Assembly: GCA_965248435.1 (NCBI GenBank)
Contig: OZ252100.1
Location: 3,200,001-3,264,000, forward strand
Reading direction: 5' to 3'
Length of the DNA stretch: 64,000 nt
From: Candidatus Latescibacterota bacterium
GTDB taxonomy: Bacteria > Latescibacterota > UBA2968 > GCA-2709665
Shown here: positions 17,783-27,204 of the stretch, one piece after another
Numbering within the stretch: position 1 is the first letter of the stretch
Layout of the letters: every line of letters begins with the position of its first letter
The notes under the pieces: model-generated
Seen by the model: only the letters and a program-made list of their open reading frames with translations
Databases searched by the model: none
What the model was told of the DNA's origin: nothing
Translations under genes and position numbers: made by a program

Positions 17783-19976
17783 CTATGCCACAGCGCCGTT
17801 CGCCTTCAGAAGGGCCTCGACTTTGGTGTGGCCTTTTCGCTCTGCCCAAAAGAGAGGCGTGGCCCACGGTTCGTCATCAGGAAGGTTCGGCTTCGCCCCG
17901 TGCTCCATGAGCCACCCGGCCATATCTGCGTGCCCGTTCATGGCGGCCCAGGCGAGCGGGGTCGCTTTGTAGACGTCGTCTCGCGCGTGGATATCCGCCC
18001 CGTATTCCAGCATCACATCGAGCCCATCGGCATTCCAGACGCTCCTGAATGGGTGTTCCCCGAAGCCCAGCCGCGCCATGACGTGAAGGATGAACTTCCC
18101 GCCCCGAGCCTGCACGTTTGGGTCCACACCGTTCTCGAACAGTTCACGAAGCACGTTCGGCCAGTTGCGGGCACGATACAGCGTCCATTGACTCACCTTC
18201 TTCGCGTCCGCACCCGCACGAAACGCCATCCGCACGATTGCGAGAGGTTTTTCTTCGGGGAGCTGCTCGTCGAACGTCGAGATGAACTCGTCGGCCAGTG
18301 ACGGATCAGCCTTGAGAACCGCCGCCGCCACGGGCAGGTCACCCTTTTGCGCGTAGTAATAGGAATACACGCTGCCACCATACGACGCGAGGAGATCGGC
18401 CATCTCTGAGAACCCCTTGTTAAGGGCCCAGCTCATCGCATTCCCGCTCGAATCAGACCACGCGTCCGGATCTGCTCCCGCTTCCAGCAGGAGACGCCCC
18501 GACTCCAGGTCGTTGTGAAACGATGCCATAAACAGCGGGTACGCGCTGCCCTCTAGCCTGCGTCTCCTCCTCTGCATTCGGATCGGCACCCGCCTCCAGC
18601 AGCAGTTTTACGATGTTGCTTCGTTGATAGATCGCTGCATAGCTCAGAGGTCGGATACTGCAGGTGTCCGGCGCGTTGGCCCGTGACCTGTCCTCTTCCA
18701 AGAGGAGCTCGACACGCTCGCGATCGCCAAGCGCAGCGGCGATATGAATCGTCAGCTCCGCACCCTTCTCTACGAAATAACGGGTCACATCCAGACGTCG
18801 AAATCCGGATCCCCGCCAGGGGCTGTTGCTCCAGATCGTCAGGTGAATCGGCTGATACCCCAGGAAGTTCTTCGCTTCCAGGTCGGCCCCGCTTTCAACA
18901 AGGTGATCGATCAGGGTCAGGGGGGCGTTCTCGATTTGCGCAGCTCGATGCAGGAGTGTATTGCCGTCATCATCGGCCGCACGAACCCGGGCGGGGTCTT
19001 CTTCGACCAATGCGGATATCTGATCGAAATGCACGTCGGTCAGCTCCCCGGGCGGCAGCGCCAGAAGTTCTCGAATCGGATCCTTTTCGGATACCTTGTC
19101 CTGATCGGATCTGCGAGCAGTTTCCAGCAAGGTCACGACTTCGTCGAATCCCCTCAGTCGGGCGATTTCGAGCGTCGTAATCCCTGCGTGATTACGAAGC
19201 ATGTGCTCATACGGGTCCGGGTTCGCGCCCCTTTCAAGCAATACCCTGACGACTTCGGTGTGGCCTTCACGGACGGCGTAGTGCAACGGTGAGAAACTGT
19301 CCCTACCATCCTCCTTGAGCAGATCGGGCTGATCATCAAGAAGCTTCGTTACCGCATCGACATCGCCGGCCTTGCACGCATTGATGAGGTAGACTTCAGA
19401 AGCGAAGGTGTCGTCAACAAACGATGTCTTCTCCGGTTTGACCTTCTTCGCCATCGCGGACATCCTCTCTTTGATCATCCGTCTGCCGGAACGCAGCCGG
19501 TTCTTTACCGTGGAAACTGGTATCTCCAGAAAAGTGACGATCTCTCTCTGGGAGTAGTCGCCGAAGTAGAACAGGCTGATGACTTCCCGCTCAGAGTCAG
19601 GAAGTGTTCGAAGCGCGTTGAGAACCGCCGTCCGATCCTCCTCGGCCTCCATCAACAAATCCTGACCCGGCTCGCTCGTTGGAATCTCAGAGGTCTCCTC
19701 CAGAGAGACCGCCTGCTGAGATGCCCCACGTGCCCTCTTGCACTGGGTGACCAGGATTCGGCGAAACCAGGAGGCAAAGGCTTCTGGCGCCTTCAGGCTC
19801 GGCAGGCTCCGATACGCGGCCAGAAAGGCCTCCTGGGCCGCGTCTTCCGCCAGATGATAGTCGCCCAACACAGAGAACGCGTAGCCCACGGCCATGTTCT
19901 GAAACCGGCGGACAATGGCGTCAAAGGCTACAAGATCCCCGCTGCGGGCGCGACTAATGAGCTCGGTCAGTTGCAT
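17783..19976 (-). pseudogene. ECF sigma-70 factor fused to a long ankyrin-repeat extension, frameshifted near 18550
   Basis: Sigma regions AFDAIVRRFQ, AEDAAQEAF, STVKNRLRSGR, followed by ankyrin repeats (SPLHYAVREGH, RPLSYAA..GADPN). The repeats resume in the +1 frame (YPLFMA..GADPD, TPLAWAA.NGH, TPLFWAE.KGH). Confidence 0.8.
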
Positions 19977-20013
19977 GGGTTGGGCTGGAGATGACTTTGG
20001 CCAATCATCTAAA

Positions 20014-20046
20014 AAGAGTCCAGAATCGTGTAGAGGTGTACGAAAA
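20014..20046 (-). promoter_or_regulatory. Candidate ECF autoregulatory promoter 2
   Basis: Minus strand TTTTCGT-ACACCT-CTACAC-GATTCTGGA-CTCTT; aligns without gaps to 16573-16605. Confidence 0.45.
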
Positions 20047-20113
20047 GATTCCGAGTGACGTGGGCTAAGCCCAAAGGTCCCATTTTTAGCCTTCTCAAGA
20101 AGATTTTCCAGGC

Positions 20114-20148
20114 AAAAGAAAGGGCGACGGCCCTTAAACCCATCGCCC
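20114..20148 (-). terminator. Rho-independent terminator after the ankyrin gene
   Basis: Minus strand GGGCGATGG-N9-CCGTCGCCC-TTTCTTTT. Confidence 0.75.
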
Positions 20149-20167
20149 CCTCTGGACTCTGAAATCG

Positions 20168-21742
20168 TCAGTCAGAAATCGCTTTCCTCTCTCCCAATAC
20201 GCGATCCACAACCTCGTGCCCCGTCGGAAGCTGGATCCTCCCGTAATCCGCTCCGGCCTCGATCAGCGCATCGATGATCCCTTCCGCCTCCCGATCGTTC
20301 CCCTTCCCGGTCACCCATCCGTAGATCGATGAGCTCAACGGCGTGCCGTTGAAGTCGTGGGTTGCGGTCAGATCCGCACCGCGGTCGATGAGCAGCTTCA
20401 CGATGTCCAGATGCCCGTACCATCCCGCCTGATGGAGCGCCGTGAATCTATACTGCCCTCTAGCCTCGATGTCGAATCCCAGGTCCAGCATCAGGTGGAC
20501 TGCGTCGGCGTGTCCCTGAACGGCGGCGTAGGTCAGGCAGGCCTGGTCGGATTCGGTCAGTTCGCCCAGGACATTGGGTGCCGTCTCCAGAATCTTCCGG
20601 GCGCCTGGTTCATCGGCCATCGCGCACGCTGAGACGAACTGTTCCTTCGTCGTGGGGGTTCCGGCAAACCCGCGCGTCTGGATCGAATCCATCACGTCTT
20701 TCCGTCCTCTGACGGCCGCGAGCACGAAGGCAGACTGTTCGTCTACCTCCAGGTTGGGATCGGCGTTAGCGTCCAGGAGCGTGTCGATGATTTCGATAGA
20801 ACGGTAGCGGATGATCGCGTGCTGCAGCGCGGTCTTGCCGAATCGTCGCGCATCGTTTGGATCGGCGCCCATCTCCAGCAGTGCACGGACGGCATCCTGT
20901 TCCTCGAAGTCCAATTTTCGAAACAGGGTCGTCGTCAGATGCTCGCGATCGAGCCCGTGGTCTGCCAGAGCCCGGGCGCACGCGATCGGTGCTTCACCTG
21001 CGTGGTAGTAGGCCTCGTCGTCGTCCAGGTTCGCGCCGCGCTCGAGGAGCAGGCGGGCAAGGTCCGGGTTGAGCGACACTCCGATTGCGCCGAAGAGCGC
21101 GGTCCCCGCACCTTCGTCCAGAGGAAACCAGGCATTCGGGTCAGCTCCATTGTCGAGCAGCAGCCTTGCGATCTCAGTAAGCCGCCGGGGATAACCCCTA
21201 TCTGTGTGGCGATGGAGGCGCGAGTAGCTCGCGTAGAGGATCGGCGACCATCTCCGCACACCGCAGGGTGTCGTCGCGACGGATGCATCGTTGCCGATCG
21301 CCCGCGCCACGGCCTGGACATTCCCCGTGACGATCGATGTCTCGAACGTCTCCGACGACAACTTGGGATGAGTGGCCAGCATGTCACAGGCTTCCCTGAA
21401 CTCTGTCGCATGAAGATGGTCCTCCGCGTTGCAGTTCGTCGCAACAGCGCGGTCGATGAACCTCTCGACCGTCACGGCGTCTGCGTCACCCTTCATCTCA
21501 CCACGCGCGGCCAGATGATCCATCAGGGCCCGCCAGCTGTCGAACCCGAACTCTCTCGCGATGACCGACTGGGCATCTGCGAGGGAGGTGTCGGCGTCTT
21601 GCGAATCCGCGTACTTGGGCAGGACGGCGCCAAACCGCTCGAGCGCCTCACTGTCGCGCGCACGAAAGGCCTTCAACAGGCGTTTGGCCTGATTCCGAAG
21701 GTGCTCCGCGTTGGGTCTGGGAGGTAGATGCTTGGAAGACAT
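20168..21742 (-). CDS. Ankyrin-repeat protein with N-terminal helical LPxRP..E.L..QAK.LL / AQ..IARE.GF.SW domain
   Basis: N-terminal LPPRPNAEHLRNQAKRLL...LADAQSVIAREFGFDSW; ankyrin repeats LLDNGADPN, TALQHAI, TALHQAGWYGH, GTPLS. Confidence 0.85.
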   Translation of the reverse strand: MSSKHLPPRPNAEHLRNQAKRLLKAFRARDSEALERFGAVLPKYADSQDADTSLADAQSVIAREFGFDSWRALMDHLAARGEMKGDADAVTVERFIDRAVATNCNAEDHLHATEFREACDMLATHPKLSSETFETSIVTGNVQAVARAIGNDASVATTPCGVRRWSPILYASYSRLHRHTDRGYPRRLTEIARLLLDNGADPNAWFPLDEGAGTALFGAIGVSLNPDLARLLLERGANLDDDEAYYHAGEAPIACARALADHGLDREHLTTTLFRKLDFEEQDAVRALLEMGADPNDARRFGKTALQHAIIRYRSIEIIDTLLDANADPNLEVDEQSAFVLAAVRGRKDVMDSIQTRGFAGTPTTKEQFVSACAMADEPGARKILETAPNVLGELTESDQACLTYAAVQGHADAVHLMLDLGFDIEARGQYRFTALHQAGWYGHLDIVKLLIDRGADLTATHDFNGTPLSSSIYGWVTGKGNDREAEGIIDALIEAGADYGRIQLPTGHEVVDRVLGERKAISD

Positions 21743-21875
21743 GTCAACCCTCTCTCGGAAAGTCGCCCGGGGCCCGCACGCTCAGGCAGAGAAGAAGGTT
21801 GATAATAAGATGTATTGCAGAGGAGGGTGGGCTTTGCCCTTTACGCGGACCTGGAGGCGCCCCTTGCGCGCCGAT
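21743..21875 (-). ncRNA. Candidate structured cis-regulatory 5' leader RNA
   Basis: Hand-paired stems GGUCCGCGU/GUGCGGGCC, CGCCU/GGGCG, hairpin GGGC-AAA-GCCC, and an anti-SD UCAACCUUCU complementary to AGAGGGUUGA. Confidence 0.55.
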
Positions 21876-21880
21876 GGTGC

Positions 21881-21909
21881 AATATAGCGCCATCCAGGAT
21901 TCGCGTCAA
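21881..21909 (-). promoter_or_regulatory. Sigma70-type promoter of the ankyrin gene
   Basis: TTGACG-N17-TATATT, defining a leader of about 130 nt. Confidence 0.65.
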
Positions 21910-21918
21910 GCAGGGTCG

Positions 21919-22293
21919 TTATCTGATGCCAAGCCAGATCAGGACTGCGATTACCAGGAGGACACCCCACGAGAAGTGCCTGCCTCTGGATACGGCGAAC
22001 GACACGATTGCTGAGGCGAGGAAGGTAAGCGCGATTGCGCAGACCAGCTTTTGAATATCTTCACCCGCTGGCATCGACGCCAGAAGAACCAGCAGCGCGC
22101 TGAAGCCCCACCAGGAGACACTCACGATATGCCAGAACAGGCGCAGCACCCTGAGCGTGAACACCGAGGATCCGAGGGTTTCGGGCAGTCCCTCGGTCGC
22201 CAGTTTCGAAAGAATCAGGCGCTCTCCAAGGACCGAGTGCAGCAGGCCCCCTACCGCGCTCAGGCCTGCGGCCACCAGAAGGGGCGTGTTCAT
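21919..22293 (-). CDS. Small four-TM membrane protein
   Basis: Start ATG 22293 overlaps the upstream stop (ATGA); hydrophobic segments, HSVLGE, WH..S, SRGRH..W. Confidence 0.7.
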   Translation of the reverse strand: MNTPLLVAAGLSAVGGLLHSVLGERLILSKLATEGLPETLGSSVFTLRVLRLFWHIVSVSWWGFSALLVLLASMPAGEDIQKLVCAIALTFLASAIVSFAVSRGRHFSWGVLLVIAVLIWLGIR

Positions 22294-23120
22294 CCTGTTC
22301 CCTCCACAGAGGTCAGCCGACCGGCCGGGTTGGGTTTTCCCCAAACGATGTCCGAAGTGCACCTGCCCTGAATCCGGCCATCGATCAGGTTGACCGTTCC
22401 CTCTGCTGCCTGTTTTTCGATCCGATCGCGAACCAGGTCGTCGAAGGCGTTTGCGCGCTCCTCTCCCATCCTGTCTCTCGACAGGCCGTTTTGAGAGTGC
22501 CGACACTCCAGGTATACTTCGACGGTCGGACACCAGGCGGTAGATCCCAGATCGACCTCACCGACCCGTTCGAAAAGGTCTGCTTCCTGAACCGCCTGGA
22601 CGTGATTCCACGGAAAATATTTCTGGTTGGTAGAGTATTCGGCGATGAACTCATTGTCCTTGATTCCGGTGACCCAGTCGCGTTCGACGATGGCCAGGTA
22701 ACCCTCAGGAGAGAGAAGATCGGCGAACCGCGGCATCACCAGATTCAGGTCGAACCAGTGCAGACAGGCGCCCGCTGTGATCAGGCCGTAGGGACCCGTG
22801 ACCGGCGCGGTCTCGATGTGCGAGGCCACCCACGTGATCCCCGGATGGTCTCCTCCCGCGAGTGTTCGAGCTCGCGCGATCATCCGCTCCGAGAAATCCA
22901 CCGCGTCAACGCGTGCGACGCGCTCGGCCATCGGCCGCGCGATGTCGCCAAGTCCGGTGCCGACATCGAGCAGGGCATCGACCTCCGGATCGATCAACTC
23001 CGCCAGCTTGTCGTAAACCTCATCGGGATAGGGCGGCCGGGCGTGATAGACCTGAACCACGCTGGCGTCTTGAAAGGTCCTGGCGTATTCCTCGCCCCGA
23101 AACTCTGGTTTGTTGAGCAT
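22290..23120 (-). CDS. Class I SAM-dependent methyltransferase
   Basis: YHARPPYP, LLDVGTGLG, VDAVDFS..MI, CLHWFD. Confidence 0.85.
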   Translation of the reverse strand: MLNKPEFRGEEYARTFQDASVVQVYHARPPYPDEVYDKLAELIDPEVDALLDVGTGLGDIARPMAERVARVDAVDFSERMIARARTLAGGDHPGITWVASHIETAPVTGPYGLITAGACLHWFDLNLVMPRFADLLSPEGYLAIVERDWVTGIKDNEFIAEYSTNQKYFPWNHVQAVQEADLFERVGEVDLGSTAWCPTVEVYLECRHSQNGLSRDRMGEERANAFDDLVRDRIEKQAAEGTVNLIDGRIQGRCTSDIVWGKPNPAGRLTSVEGTG

Positions 23121-25127
23121 TCAAACTGTCCGATAGAACCAGATGGCCGCGCTACGTTTCGGTAGGGTAAATGTGAAACCCTCCTGGTTCAAATCCTCTC
23201 CCGAGATCTCCCTTGTTTCACCCGATTCGGGATTCTCGAACGCATAGGTCACGCCGGGATCGACCTCCTGAGGGTGGATCGTGAGCGTCTCCTCGGGGGA
23301 TTCCGGCAGCCGAAATCCCTGAACAAACCCGCTGCCTCTTTCGGGACGGTCGAACTGCCTGGCGACCCATTTTTCCGGACTGCGATGGAACGGGGTGAGC
23401 GGGTAGTAGTCCCCATACAGGATGAATTCCGACGCCCTGCGCCAGATGTCGATCATTCTGTTGGCGAGATCGTAGTCGTAATCGTCCCGACGGATGTCCA
23501 GACTCGCGAAGAGCATGGCGGCCATGCCGCTGTGGAAGGCGTAGCTGTCTACGCGGGGGTCGTATCTCGCCCCGCCGTCGATATCCCACGAGCTGCTGTG
23601 GGACTTGAAGTAGGGGATCCACTCGAAGAGCGTACGGTGGTATGCCAGCTTGACGGGATGATCCCCGTAGGCGTGGTCGGAATAGTGAAGCGGAACAGAG
23701 CGACGCATGGTTTCGAAATCATTCCGGCGTCCCCCGCCCGCGCAGGAATCGATCCAGAGTCCCGGGTTTCGTTCCAGCAGGTCATCATAGTACTGAAGGT
23801 AGCCCTGGGCGTGCAGGTTCTCGTTCATCCCCTGGCGGTCCGGACCCTCGTTCTCACGCCAGTATTGAAGCGGCTCGGTGCCTGCATCGTCCACGAAGTT
23901 GAGATCCTGTCTGTAGATCTTGATGCCGTTCTCCCTGATCAACCGGCAGACGTGGTCGGTGAGCCACTGGCGGCATTCCGGGAGGGCCAGGTTCAACAGC
24001 CTGGCGTCGACGCCCTCTCTCCTGAGCAGCCAGTCCGGGTGTTCTGTATCGATCCTGGTGCCCTCCCAGACCCTTTCCGGCTCGAACCATAGCAGCAGGT
24101 CGGCGCCGCTTTGAGCCGCAGCGTCGGATATCGCCTTGAAGCCGTTCGGGAACCTCTTTGGATCGGGCTCCCACGTGCCGATGCCTCTGCTCCATGCGCT
24201 TCTTCCAAGTTCTTCGATGTAGCACGGGAACCAGCCGGCATCGATCCACCAGACGTTAAACGGAAGGCCGTGCCGCCTGGTCTTTTCGATATACTTCAGC
24301 TGGTTCTCTTCCGTGGCCTCCGTCCATTCCTTGCCTTCATCCGTGCCGCCGAAGGCCAGCAGCGGTTTCAAGGGCTGACCGTCGGGCCTGGGGAGGATGT
24401 GGGTTAAATACCACCGGCGCCACAGGTTCACCGCCCTTGTGACATCCCCTGTCCAGGAGAGGAGGGTGATTCGCGGCGTGCGGATCGTTTCGCCGGGCTG
24501 GAGGCGCAGATGCGTCACCTCCTGACCCGCGCGGATGCGCACGCCTTCTTTGAGCCGTTCAAAACGGACCGACCACTGTCCGGGCCAGCCGATGGCCATC
24601 GTTAGACCACAGCCCTCGAACATCACGCGGTAGTAGGGAAAGGCGTGGTCGCAGGGGCGGCCTCCCACAGGGGCAAACTCGAGCGTGTCTCCTGCGTTCA
24701 AGGGAGTCTCGACAGGTTCGTAACATTCGTCGCTATGGTAGTCGCCGTTGCAGTGATACACGGCGGGAGAAGCACCTGTGAACGCATCATCCATCGCAAG
24801 GATGTCGCGGATGATCGGGGTGGGCTCGTCGCCCTTGTTCGTAAACCACGCCACCCATTCCACGACCGGGAAATCTCGGTAGACCGTGCACTCGACTCTG
24901 ACGTTCAAACCGGTCCGGGTGTCATTGCCTTCGAACACCGTTTCGGAAATGTTGGCGTCGATGCGGCGCCATTTTGAAGACGGATTCCAGTCCTCCGGAA
25001 TACCGGAGATGGCGCGCTCATCATACGTGAGCGAGATGGGAAGCGCGGCGGGGTTGGAGATGAATCTGCTCGTCCACTCCCGACTCTGCTGCATGTCTTC
25101 AGGGCGTGTCGCCTGTGTGACATTCAT
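23121..25127 (-). CDS. GH36 alpha-galactosidase-like glycoside hydrolase, copy A
   Basis: WWIDAGWF, PD..RFP.G, LWFEPERV, YRQDLN (nucleophile Asp), IDSCAGGGRRND, GDYYPL. Confidence 0.85.
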   Translation of the reverse strand: MNVTQATRPEDMQQSREWTSRFISNPAALPISLTYDERAISGIPEDWNPSSKWRRIDANISETVFEGNDTRTGLNVRVECTVYRDFPVVEWVAWFTNKGDEPTPIIRDILAMDDAFTGASPAVYHCNGDYHSDECYEPVETPLNAGDTLEFAPVGGRPCDHAFPYYRVMFEGCGLTMAIGWPGQWSVRFERLKEGVRIRAGQEVTHLRLQPGETIRTPRITLLSWTGDVTRAVNLWRRWYLTHILPRPDGQPLKPLLAFGGTDEGKEWTEATEENQLKYIEKTRRHGLPFNVWWIDAGWFPCYIEELGRSAWSRGIGTWEPDPKRFPNGFKAISDAAAQSGADLLLWFEPERVWEGTRIDTEHPDWLLRREGVDARLLNLALPECRQWLTDHVCRLIRENGIKIYRQDLNFVDDAGTEPLQYWRENEGPDRQGMNENLHAQGYLQYYDDLLERNPGLWIDSCAGGGRRNDFETMRRSVPLHYSDHAYGDHPVKLAYHRTLFEWIPYFKSHSSSWDIDGGARYDPRVDSYAFHSGMAAMLFASLDIRRDDYDYDLANRMIDIWRRASEFILYGDYYPLTPFHRSPEKWVARQFDRPERGSGFVQGFRLPESPEETLTIHPQEVDPGVTYAFENPESGETREISGEDLNQEGFTFTLPKRSAAIWFYRTV

Positions 25128-25138
25128 TGCGGTCCCCT

Positions 25139-27193
25139 TTATTCGGACTTCCTTCGATAGAACCAGATGGCCGCGCTGCGCTTCGGAAGCGTAAATGTGA
25201 AACCCTCCTGGCTCAAATTCTTTCCTGAGATCTTTGTGGTTTCACCCGATTCAGGGTTCTCGAATGCGTAGGTTGCATCTGAACTGATTTCCTTTGGATG
25301 GATCGTGAATTTCTCGTCCGGGGACTCTGGAAACCTGAACCCCTGAATGAATCCGCTGCCTCTCTCCGGGCGGTCGAACTGCCTGGCGACCCATTTTTCC
25401 GGACTGCGATGGAACGGGGTGAGCGGGTAGTAGTCCCCATACAGAATGAATTCCGATGCCCTGCGCCAGATGTCGATCATTCTGTTGGCGAGTTCGTAGT
25501 CGTAATCGTCGCGGCGGATGTCCAGAGACGGGTGCAACATGGCTGCCATGCCGCAGTGGAATGAGTAGCTGTCTATGCGGTCGTTGTATCTACCCTTCTG
25601 AGGGAGTCCATCGCGAACCGGATTTCTTCGTTTCCCCTGCGCATCGAGATCCCAGGAGCTCGTGCTCGACTTGAAGTAGGGGATCCACTCGTAGAGCGTA
25701 CGGTGGAATGCCAGCTTCACCGGATGGTTTCCGTAGCCGTGGTCAGTGATGTGCAGCGGCACGGAGCGCCGAAGGGTTTCGAAATCATTGCGGCGTCCGC
25801 CTCCTGCGCAGGAATCGATCCAGAGGCCTGGGTTTCGTTCCAGCAGGTCATCATAGTACTGAAGGTAGCCCTGGGCGTGCAGGTTCTCGTTCATCCCCTG
25901 GCGGTCCCGGTCATCATTCTCACGCCAGAACTGCAGCGGCTCGGTGCCTGCATCGTCCACGAAGTTGAGATCCTGTCTGTAGATCTTGATGCCGTTCTCC
26001 CTGATCAGCCGGCAGACGTGGTCGGTCAGCCACTGGCGACATTCCGGGATGCCCAGGTTCAGCAGCCTGTTCTCGCTAGTGTCATCTCTCCTGAGCAGCC
26101 ATTCGGGATGTTCCTTATCGATCCCGGTGCCCGGGTGTACCCTTTCCGGTTCGAACCAGAGCAGCAGGTCGGCACCGCTTCGAGCAGCAGCGTCGGAGAC
26201 CGGTTTGAGGCCATCAGGGAATCTTTCAGGATCCGGCTCCCACCTGCCAGTCACACCCCACTTCCTCGTCACACCGTCCTCCGTGTAGCAGGGGTACCAG
26301 CCGGCATCTATCCACCAGATGTCAAATGGAATGCCGAGTCTCTTGGTCTTCTCTATGTACCGGAGCTGGTTTTCTTCGGTGGCTTCTGTGAATTCCGAAC
26401 CCTCATCCGTGCCGTTGCAGGCGAGAAGCGGCTTCAACGGCTGGCCTTTGGGCCTGGGAAGGATGTGGGCGAGGTACCACCGCCGCCACAAGTTGATTGC
26501 CCTCGAGGTATCCCCCGTCCAGGACAGCAGGGTGATCCGCGGCGTACGGATCGTTTCGCCCGGCTGGAGACGCAGGTTGATCACCTCCTGCCCCGCCCTA
26601 ATGTGTACACCGTCTGCAACCGACTGGAAACTGACCGACCACTGTCCGGGCCAGCCGATGGCCATCGTGAGACCGCAGCCCTCGAACATCACGCGGTAGT
26701 AGGGAAAGGCGTGGTCGCAGGGGCGGCCTCCCACAGGGGCAAACTCGAGCGTGTCTCCTGCGTTCAGGGGGGTCTCGACGGGTTCGTAGCACTCGTCGCT
26801 GCGGTAGTCCCCATTGCAGTGGTAGACGATGGGAGCGGCGCCGCTGATCGGTCCATCGATCGCGAGGATGTCTCGGATGATGGGAGTGGCCCCGCTGCTC
26901 TTATTCGTAAACCAGGCGACCCATTCCACGACCGGGAAGTCGTGGTAAACTGTGCACTCGACTCTGACGTTCAAGCCGGTCGCAGCGTCATTGCCTTCAA
27001 AGACTGTCTGGGAGATGTTGGCGTCGATCCGACGCCTTGTGGAAGACGGATTCCAGTCTTCCGGAAGCCCTGTAACGGCTTTCTCGTCGTAGGTGAAAGA
27101 GATGGGAAGCGCAGCGGGTCCGGAGATGAATCCGCCCGTCCAATCCCTGCTCTTCTGCATGTCTTCAGGGGTTGTGGCCTGTGTAGCATTCAT
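25139..27193 (-). CDS. GH36 alpha-galactosidase-like glycoside hydrolase, copy B
   Basis: Same motifs as copy A, with a loop insertion AQGKRRNPVRDGLPQK. Confidence 0.85.
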   Translation of the reverse strand: MNATQATTPEDMQKSRDWTGGFISGPAALPISFTYDEKAVTGLPEDWNPSSTRRRIDANISQTVFEGNDAATGLNVRVECTVYHDFPVVEWVAWFTNKSSGATPIIRDILAIDGPISGAAPIVYHCNGDYRSDECYEPVETPLNAGDTLEFAPVGGRPCDHAFPYYRVMFEGCGLTMAIGWPGQWSVSFQSVADGVHIRAGQEVINLRLQPGETIRTPRITLLSWTGDTSRAINLWRRWYLAHILPRPKGQPLKPLLACNGTDEGSEFTEATEENQLRYIEKTKRLGIPFDIWWIDAGWYPCYTEDGVTRKWGVTGRWEPDPERFPDGLKPVSDAAARSGADLLLWFEPERVHPGTGIDKEHPEWLLRRDDTSENRLLNLGIPECRQWLTDHVCRLIRENGIKIYRQDLNFVDDAGTEPLQFWRENDDRDRQGMNENLHAQGYLQYYDDLLERNPGLWIDSCAGGGRRNDFETLRRSVPLHITDHGYGNHPVKLAFHRTLYEWIPYFKSSTSSWDLDAQGKRRNPVRDGLPQKGRYNDRIDSYSFHCGMAAMLHPSLDIRRDDYDYELANRMIDIWRRASEFILYGDYYPLTPFHRSPEKWVARQFDRPERGSGFIQGFRFPESPDEKFTIHPKEISSDATYAFENPESGETTKISGKNLSQEGFTFTLPKRSAAIWFYRRKSE

Positions 27194-27204
27194 TGCGGTC
27201 CCCT

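Noticed and set aside
21820-21860. c-di-GMP-I riboswitch, suggested by GGGCAAA and GCAAAGCC
   Set aside because: Lacks the P2 GAAA-tetraloop stem and the GGGACGCAAAGCC/receptor arrangement; only short words match.
21893-21901. AATCCTGGA in the ankyrin promoter spacer as a third copy of the ECF motif
   Set aside because: The upstream TTTTCGT..ACC half is absent at the required spacing.
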